A DNA stretch of 64,000 nt from Flectonema sp. DT1601 (taxonomy: Eukaryota): contig OZ025781.1 of NCBI GenBank assembly GCA_964019425.1, positions 248,001 through 312,000 of the forward strand, written 5' to 3'. Every line of letters begins with the position of its first letter. Positions within the stretch are counted from its first letter, which is position 1. Positions 22,920 to 30,355 of the stretch are shown piece after piece. The position numbers and the translations under genes are program-made. Under the pieces are notes generated by a model. That model searched no databases, was not told where the DNA came from, and saw only the letters and a list, made by a program, of their open reading frames with translations.

Positions 22920-25397
22920 TTAAGCACTGTCGGGACGATTTTCCTCAAGTTCGACGCCTTTCTGTTCTTCTTCAGATGATGATTTCCTACAACAACACAT
23001 GTAAACAATAACAATAACAACTATTACGAATACGCCAGAAAATATCGAAATCAGAAGTGTATTGCGAAGCTTCACATCGCTGTCATCACTGCTGGAGGTA
23101 CTTGCCCCAGTTGGGGCCGCAGTAGGAGCAGTAGACGAAACTACAACGGTACCTGGCACCTTGTAAGTTCCAGCCTCAAATTCCACCCAATTAGTTGAAG
23201 CAGTCGAACTGAGTGCAGCAGTTTGCTGAAACATCCGCAACTCTGTTGCAGCTGAGTATGGAGGCCAGAAAGGAAACACATGATCAGCATAAACAGGAAG
23301 AAATTCATCCGAAATAGAAGCGCTCGGATCAGTGTAGAAAGCAGCTAAACTGAATGTCAGCGCGGCGTTAGTTCTCGTGATTGGAGTCAGTTGCTTGTTT
23401 ACATTGTTTTTGGCGGCGGTAGCAACCCAAGACTTCCACTCGAAAAATGGTGCATTTGTGGTAGAACTTACTCTGTGCTTTTCCCCAGTAATACCACCAG
23501 CAGAGACAACTGTTACAGCACTAGCCTTCCTAAGGAGCTTCACAGTTTGTGAACACGCACTTGCACATGCTCCGAGTGATAAAACTTTGATGGTTGCGAA
23601 TCCCTTCGTAGGTATATTAATTTTCTCGTTCGCTGCAAAGTTACACTGAGCAAACGTAGCAGAGTCCTTCAATTCAAATAATGATTCGAAGAGAGAAGCG
23701 ACCTTTGGAACCACAAACACTTCAGGTGATCCAGCAGCCCTGCTCTTCTTCGGAGCGTTGTTAAAGAGATCATTTAATTTAGTTTGTGCCTGCTGCATGT
23801 TTGTACTGGCCAAAGGTTCGTTGTATAAGCTTTCCCCGGTAGAAATACGTAACGCGTTGTAGTCTTCACCACCAACCACAGCAGATTGTATCAAACTGAT
23901 GTATCCCTTAGTGAAGTCAGTGAGATGGTATTCAGAAGCACCCTTAGTGGAAGCAGCACTTGCAGGTGAGATACGGAAATCGCTACTCGTCCTCGATGCG
24001 TTCCTCAGTCCTGCAGGGTATTGGAGCTTCGGAGTCAAGTACTCAATCGCCGTAGAGTACAAGATAAGAAATCCTCCACCGTTACCACGGACGTCCAGGA
24101 TCAATTCTGTGATTCTCGGGGAAAACGCAATCGCATAATCATTGCAAGCCTCAATAACTTTTAGAAATCTGAAGAGGACTTTGATTACATCACAACCCCG
24201 TAAGTTGGCGGTGCTAGGGGAAAAGGTTCCGATGTACAAGTACATTACTGGCTTTGCGTTGGTTTCGAAAGAGCTGCACACAATATTCGGTTCATTGGTA
24301 TTTTGTGGATATTGAGCAACTATCTTACCCTGATTCCAGAGATCTGAAGAAGCAAGCTGCTGAACTGATCTTTTGGACACGCGTTCCTGTTCCTTCTTTG
24401 CAGATGCAGCCTTGTCAGCCTTGTCAGCGTTGTGAAGATCTCTCGCAATGTCTGAAAGTGGATTAGGAGGAAGGTTTGGTCCGGAGTTCACTTCAGGACT
24501 TTTATGAATACCTGCCCTCTGATCAGCGATAGGAGGAATTGGTTTGTATGCCTCTCTGTTCTGCCTGATGTGAGTAATGTCGTTAGGGGTCACTGGTGCT
24601 TCCTGTACCTGAGCACCTCTCGCAGTCGCTGCTGGACGGTTACCAGCAACTATGACAGCGGTTGTTAACTGTGGTCCTCCTCTTCCAGAGTAGATTGGAA
24701 GGGTGTGAGACGTACCAGCAACAGTTATTTGCATTGTGGTGGCCTGGTATCCAGATCTGGTCGAAGATATACCTGCAGCGAAAGGGTTGTTTAGGTATTC
24801 ATTAAGGTCTGCACCATTAGACTTCGAAGAACCATTGTCACCAAGCAACTTTGACAAATAGGCCACTGCTGGCTGTCCGTTGATTGCAGTTACGACGTTG
24901 CCAACCTGAACACTGCTCCACGTCTGTCCCTGAGAATAGGCAGCGAAAAGGGCATGGCGTTCCCTGATGAAAATAACCTGCTGTCCATTATCCATACTTG
25001 ATCCGAGTACAAAAGGAATATGTAAAGTAGAAAGGTATCCCGATGGCAGAGTGTAAGCAGTATGCCCATCGTGTAACGCTACGAAGAGCCGAGCCATTGA
25101 AGTCTGAAATTGGAAATCACTATTCCACTGTTGAGTAGAGAACTGTTGAAGAGAACCCTTCAAGTTAACCTTTCCAATCACAGATGGGTCTGTTGATAGA
25201 GCGATGTCAGTTCCATGGTAAAACTCAACCATCTCAAGCGCTGCTTTTGTCGCTTCCGTCACAGTTGCTTGATCCACCGGAACAGTGTTGTAACAGTCAA
25301 AGATTTCACTAGCTCTGTAGTAGTAAAAATCTCCTACCAGCTGGCCCTGTAAATTACATTGCGACACCGCCAGCAGGTTTATCATTGAGAGTAACAT
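22920..25397 (-). CDS. S41-family peptidase paralog 6
   Basis: Same motifs (GACASACS); intact ORF. Confidence 0.88.
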   Translation of the reverse strand: MLLSMINLLAVSQCNLQGQLVGDFYYYRASEIFDCYNTVPVDQATVTEATKAALEMVEFYHGTDIALSTDPSVIGKVNLKGSLQQFSTQQWNSDFQFQTSMARLFVALHDGHTAYTLPSGYLSTLHIPFVLGSSMDNGQQVIFIRERHALFAAYSQGQTWSSVQVGNVVTAINGQPAVAYLSKLLGDNGSSKSNGADLNEYLNNPFAAGISSTRSGYQATTMQITVAGTSHTLPIYSGRGGPQLTTAVIVAGNRPAATARGAQVQEAPVTPNDITHIRQNREAYKPIPPIADQRAGIHKSPEVNSGPNLPPNPLSDIARDLHNADKADKAASAKKEQERVSKRSVQQLASSDLWNQGKIVAQYPQNTNEPNIVCSSFETNAKPVMYLYIGTFSPSTANLRGCDVIKVLFRFLKVIEACNDYAIAFSPRITELILDVRGNGGGFLILYSTAIEYLTPKLQYPAGLRNASRTSSDFRISPASAASTKGASEYHLTDFTKGYISLIQSAVVGGEDYNALRISTGESLYNEPLASTNMQQAQTKLNDLFNNAPKKSRAAGSPEVFVVPKVASLFESLFELKDSATFAQCNFAANEKINIPTKGFATIKVLSLGACASACSQTVKLLRKASAVTVVSAGGITGEKHRVSSTTNAPFFEWKSWVATAAKNNVNKQLTPITRTNAALTFSLAAFYTDPSASISDEFLPVYADHVFPFWPPYSAATELRMFQQTAALSSTASTNWVEFEAGTYKVPGTVVVSSTAPTAAPTGASTSSSDDSDVKLRNTLLISIFSGVFVIVVIVIVYMCCCRKSSSEEEQKGVELEENRPDSA

Positions 25398-25882
25398 TTT
25401 ATTTAGAAAACTGATGATGAGAAGTTGTGGATTCATCGTATTGACTGGATGGGTAACTATTTGTGGTATCGACTTAGTACGAATATCTGTGTTGATGTCC
25501 TGGAAAAGAAAAGTATCAATCAATTTAGTGACTAACATTAAAAAACCAACACAGCCCAGCAGGTAGCTGTCGGGATAACGGAGTTAGTTGTTCAACGCCT
25601 GGGCTCCCTGTTGAGGGAGGAAAGACAAGAAGAGGATTACAGTAATGTTTATTTTATATTTTTTTCAAATATTATTGACATAAAGGGATTCTTCTTGTCT
25701 AGTCAGTTTCAGAGAAGACGATGACAGGATACTCAACTGAATTATTCTATTCGTCGAAAGACCCTTTGAAAATATATATTTCCCAGAATGAATTAATATG
25801 AACAATAAAATAAAGTAAGATGTTCAATACAATAAGCCGAAGAGAGCAGATGGAAGTAACTTATATTTTCTTGCCGTGGTAC

Positions 25883-25944
25883 TAGTTAGTATCATTAATT
25901 TTAGAACAGAAAAGTGAGAATAAGAAAAGTAGAGATTAATAAAA
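25883..25944 (-). mobile_element. ~60-bp 3'-terminal remnant of the Penelope-like element
   Basis: TAGTTAGTATCATTAATTTTAGAACAGAAAAGTGAGAATAAGAAAAGTAGAGAT matches 26282-26335. Confidence 0.8.
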
Positions 25945-26261
25945 GGAAATAAAAAAGGAAATTCAACAACTGACTTTCCTGCACCACAAAAGAACACAAT
26001 ATCCATACAACAGTTGCCAAACAAGTCAAAATTTTCAAACGACTAAACATAAGAAACGCTGATACCTGTTCGAAGATATCAGGGGAGGGGTGACTCTGAT
26101 GGCAACATTGATGGGAAACAAAAAGGTCGAATCACAAAAAATAATGAAGTTTGGTTTTATTTAGTCAAGTTGTGATAACATGAAATGCGAAGAAATCCGA
26201 ATTTCATTTTCATTTTCGACATCACAACGGATAGTTACCATTCCCAACCCCCACTACCATT

Positions 26262-26757
26262 TTTTTTATTTATTTATTTATTAGTTAGTATCATTAATTT
26301 TAGAACAGAAAAGTGAGAATAAGAAAAGTAGAGATCAATAAAAGAAAAGTATTCATTTCTGCAGTTTCCTAACATCAAAGGGTAATAGAATATGTAGTTT
26401 CAGGCCTTAATCTTATACTACTTGTCCCTTTTTAGGCCTTCATCAGTAAGTTCTAAGGGACTTCATTCTATGTTGAAGTTGTTATCGTTCAAAGATAAAA
26501 ATCCATCGGAGCTCGCCAGGATAGGGCTAGCAATGTTTATTTGCTTTTGCTCAATTTGAATTTTTGACGTCTGGTCGTTTCACTATTACAGTCGAGTTAA
26601 TGGATGAGTCGTCATCCAATTTCCGTTTTACTTTATCATCGCATACCATCAAAGGTCCTATATTCGCAGGTGTCATTGTAACATCCATATCAGTCTGAGC
26701 TTTTAATGGTATCATATGGAAACTATATTCTGTAGTTGCCATGTTAAGTACTTGTAG
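26262..26757 (-). mobile_element. Second, short 3' unit of the same retroelement (pseudo-LTR-like) with a 219-nt internal deletion and (TAAA)n/A tail
   Basis: Near-identical to 26758-27222, joined to 20 nt matching 27442-27461. Confidence 0.88.
26385..26471 (-). ncRNA. Second copy of the hammerhead-like motif
   Basis: Identical to 26870-26956. Confidence 0.55.
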
Positions 26758-26869
26758 ATTATTTATTAGTTAGTATCATTAATTTTAGAACAGAAAAGTG
26801 AGAATAAGAAAAGTAGAGATCAATAAAAGAAAAGTATTCATTTCTGCAGTTTCCTAACATCAAAGGGTA

Positions 26870-26956
26870 ATAGAATATGTAGTTTCAGGCCTTAATCTTA
26901 TACTACTTGTCCCTTTTTAGGCCTTCATCAGTAAGTTCTAAGGGACTTCATTCTAT
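26870..26956 (-). ncRNA. Hammerhead ribozyme-like motif in the retroelement 3' UTR
   Basis: Minus strand reads GUC...CUGAUGA-AGGCCU...AGGCCU-GAAAC, with a plausible stem III (AUAGAAUGAAGU / ACUACAUAUUCUAU). Stem I is not canonical. Confidence 0.55.
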
Positions 26957-27035
26957 GTTGAAGTTGTTATCGTTCAAAGATAAAAATCCATCGGAGCTCG
27001 CCAGGATAGGGCTAGCAATGTTTATTTGCTTTTGC

Positions 27036-29321
27036 TCAATTTGAATTTTTGACATCTGATCGTTTCACTATTACAGTCGAGTTAATGGATGAGTCGTCAT
27101 CCAATTTCCGTTTTACTTTATCTTCGCATATCATCAAAGGTCCTATATTCGCTGGTGTCATCGTAACATCCATATCAGTCTGAGCTTTTAATGGTATCAT
27201 ATGGAAACTATACTCTGTAGTTCGGTACATCTTGTCAAAATGATCGAAAGGGAGTCTTAAATCTTTTGTGCCTTTAAGAATGTCTCGGATGATCATGGAC
27301 TCAAATGAGACTAGCGCAACAATAAAGCGAGTCATCCTTGTTTTCGCTTTATGTAGAATAAGTGCTGCGGCTGCTTCAGGATAATCGAAATCTGCTGGGT
27401 TAACGAAGTACTCGATTCTCCTGTTGAATTTAGTCATGCAAGCCATGTTAAGTACTTGTAGCGAGAACCAACCATCTGGTGATGGTTTATGCTCTGAGTT
27501 GTTCGGTTCTACTTTAAGAGATTCTTCATAAAATCGCTGTTGGTAGTTTTGCAGAAAACTGAAGTTAATTCTATCGATATATAAATGATCTGCAATGAAG
27601 TTGAGCGCTGCCCATCCGCATTCTCCACCGAGAAGACCTTCTCCTGATGTTTGATGTAGGGATGGTGGAAATCGTTTATCCAAGGAATGGCTTGTAGAGC
27701 CCGTATGGTTAATTGTATCCTTTTCGATGCTTAATGGGACTTTGTGACTAAACTTCTCAAAAGTAAGGTTGAGACGTCGACGCATTGCAGCTGCTGTATT
27801 ACCATCATCAATGTGAGAGCTAATGAAGCGGAGGCATGCTGCTCTGATATTGTCAGATTTATAGCCCCGGTTGAGTAATCTATAAGTTACCGCTTCAAGT
27901 TCCTGTAAAAAGTCTGCCTGGTTGTTGCAGATTTTTAGAGCTCGTAAGATCATGGTGGTAAAGATACCTGAACCCATTGATTCTTGAGCTGCGGAATGCT
28001 GATGGGTAAACCTTGTTGGCGTAATATGCCAACCCCTGGCTTTGTCATTAACACTTAAACGAATCCATCGTTTATTTGTGTTAGTGATCTCTATTCGGAT
28101 ACGAATTCCTATATAAGAGACATCATCAATGTTATTCGAAGTATCAGTGTAATCCATTGAATATAGACTTGCTGGTGGAGGGTCGCAACTCCAGGTGAGG
28201 AAGTCGTCGATGTATCTACACGAGTGGTCATGTTGCCGAGCTAAGTCTAGATTTTTTGTTTCAATTAAAGAATCGATATATGCGGATTCAACTCTATAGC
28301 AGTAGAGATTTGCTATATCGCTACTGGCGTTGCCACCCATTGGAATGCCTATTGTTTGTCTCCAAATATAACCTCTTAATGCAATAAAGGAGGAGTCAAT
28401 ACAGAATTCAAGTAATTTTTGACATTCTGCAAGCGCAAGAGAAGGGAATCGTGTAGGGTCACTCGATTCAAGACGTAAGATATTTTTGAAACTAAAGGCT
28501 TCTTGCAGTGCTTCACTTACTTTAGTTTTAATAGCGTTGTGTGGTAGGCGGGTGTACATTGTTGTAAAATCAAAAGTCTTAGGGGATAATTTTTTCAAAA
28601 CCATCAAATTCTGTTTAATCGAACTAGAGACTTCATCATCTGATTCCACAATCCAGTATCGTTTGAACCGTGAATGCATATCTTTCTCTTTCAATATAGT
28701 CATCGCATTTTTAAGGATACTAGAGAGATGTTGGTGCGCATATGTTGTTGCTGTTGCAGGTGCAAGATTATGATCCTTATCGTATTGTCGTTGTTCCGCT
28801 GTACCCGTGAAGGATGAGACACCAGTAATCCATCTCATCCCGATAGCTGATTTGTGTAATTTAATCATTCCATATAGGTGTGGGAGTCGATCAGAATGGC
28901 GGGCATTGATTGAAATGTTCATGTTCTTGAGGTTGGCTAGTAGAGTTGGTTCGTCTGATGTGATGCGTTCATAAGAATCACTTTGTAGCTGCTCTCGAAG
29001 TAAAAGCAAATAATTTATTTTACACATGTAACCAATATCGTGCTGTCCTTTGTCAACTTTAAGAAACACAAACTGAGATTGAAGATTCTGAAGTTCAGTC
29101 CATGCTTTATTTGATAATGGTGAGTCAAGAAAGCTTAAGTCTTTACTTAATTTAAGCTGCAATTGTTTAAGAATTGTGTTTTTAAAGATCGATTTAAAGT
29201 TATCGCCAACGTTCTTGTATGCGTGAGTTATATATTCAGTAATATCATTTTCAAGTGATTCTAATGCAGCTGATGGGTGCACTGGGACTCTAAATTTTTG
29301 ACCTCGTGCGACCTCGTTCAA
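27036..29321 (-). CDS. Penelope-like element reverse transcriptase (Naiad/Chlamys-type motifs), 5'-truncated, with C-terminal Josephin-like domain
   Basis: PHLYGMIKLHK..MRWI, TFDFTTMYTRLPH, QTIGIPMGGNAS, CRYIDD and a thumb region ending LLNRGY. The ORF opens on TTG directly at a junction, and no endonuclease is visible. Confidence 0.9.
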   Translation of the reverse strand: MNEVARGQKFRVPVHPSAALESLENDITEYITHAYKNVGDNFKSIFKNTILKQLQLKLSKDLSFLDSPLSNKAWTELQNLQSQFVFLKVDKGQHDIGYMCKINYLLLLREQLQSDSYERITSDEPTLLANLKNMNISINARHSDRLPHLYGMIKLHKSAIGMRWITGVSSFTGTAEQRQYDKDHNLAPATATTYAHQHLSSILKNAMTILKEKDMHSRFKRYWIVESDDEVSSSIKQNLMVLKKLSPKTFDFTTMYTRLPHNAIKTKVSEALQEAFSFKNILRLESSDPTRFPSLALAECQKLLEFCIDSSFIALRGYIWRQTIGIPMGGNASSDIANLYCYRVESAYIDSLIETKNLDLARQHDHSCRYIDDFLTWSCDPPPASLYSMDYTDTSNNIDDVSYIGIRIRIEITNTNKRWIRLSVNDKARGWHITPTRFTHQHSAAQESMGSGIFTTMILRALKICNNQADFLQELEAVTYRLLNRGYKSDNIRAACLRFISSHIDDGNTAAAMRRRLNLTFEKFSHKVPLSIEKDTINHTGSTSHSLDKRFPPSLHQTSGEGLLGGECGWAALNFIADHLYIDRINFSFLQNYQQRFYEESLKVEPNNSEHKPSPDGWFSLQVLNMACMTKFNRRIEYFVNPADFDYPEAAAALILHKAKTRMTRFIVALVSFESMIIRDILKGTKDLRLPFDHFDKMYRTTEYSFHMIPLKAQTDMDVTMTPANIGPLMICEDKVKRKLDDDSSINSTVIVKRSDVKNSN

Positions 29322-29845
29322 ATTATTTATTAGTTAGTTAGTTATCAAAATACAGAACTGATGACTACGAGGGGTCTGGGTAGCCCGCATCAGTAAGGAC
29401 CCAATCGCGAAGATTGTAGTTTCATAGTATTGGCTGGAAGTGATCGACTTCCAGCTTCCACCTTGCCCAGAGGCTAACAGGTTGTAAACAACTAAAGAAA
29501 ATAAAAGAGAAATGATCTGGGAGTGGGGGGAAGGTGAAAAAAACAAAAAATCTTCTTTCTTTCATATACATCTTTCTTTATAATACGACCACATGTGCCA
29601 TATGCCCACACTCCACGAAAGAAAATAGAAACCCCCGGAACAGTACCGAGGATCGTTCACCCCCAGTTGTCCAAAGCATTATAAGTGTACTGTGGGCTTA
29701 CCGAAAAGCTTTAGAAATGTACCACAAAAGATTTGGGCAGCACATAGCCATATCACTCAGCAAGAAATGAAAACCAAAAGGATCAGGTAAGATGACAGTC
29801 AGTTTAAGGGTCATAACTGCGCCGGACCAACTATTTATTTAAGAT
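29322..29845 (-). mobile_element. Short non-coding structured element, putative non-autonomous partner of the Penelope-like RT
   Basis: Shares the 17-nt 3' terminus with the RT element and is homologous in blocks to 16965-17220. Confidence 0.65.
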
Positions 29846-29860
29846 AACATTTAAGAACAC

Positions 29861-29891
<31 letters not shown>

Positions 29892-30355
29892 CCAATTTCC
29901 TGATAACTGGGACAAAAATCACTAACATAAAAGTCTCTCACCGCAGAGTAAGGGACTACTAAAGAACACAAATCTATCACAAGTGTATATTATTAATAAC
30001 TCCCGTAATGGAGTACAACATATCTTCGTGTTCATCTCACTATTTTTTTCTTTCTTTCAAAAAATGACAATCATAATGATAATTATAATAACTAATACAA
30101 TACACCCTATCATTTCTATTCGTTTTTATGAATAGAAAAACGTAAAAAAGAAAATCAAAGATGATTACAGTCGTGCATAACTAAAATAATGATAATAAGC
30201 AACGTTGTTATATCTGATAATTTGGGGGCTACGTACTAAAGATTGAGCTCCCATAAAAAGTGAAGAGAGGGTGAAATCGCACATTGTAGTTTTTACACAC
30301 AACTACAACTGTAATAGAGAATAAAAATAAAATACGAAAATGAAACACAAAAAGA

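Larger units (their letters stand above)
26758..29321 (-). mobile_element. Penelope-like retroelement, long 5'-truncated unit (RT ORF plus ~280-nt 3' UTR)
   Basis: RT ORF followed by a UTR that is duplicated at 26262-26550; ends in ACTAACTAATAAATAAT. Confidence 0.85.

Noticed and set aside
29322..29470. IRES driving non-AUG (TTG) initiation of the RT
   Set aside because: The TTG sits exactly at a junction with the shared 3'-terminal 17-mer and there is an in-frame stop a few codons upstream. 5' truncation is the simpler explanation.
29795..29822. SECIS-like AUGA...AAA...UGA hairpin (some Naiad elements encode selenoproteins)
   Set aside because: The stem is far too short, AUGA is not kept in the second copy, and the RT ORF has no in-frame UGA.
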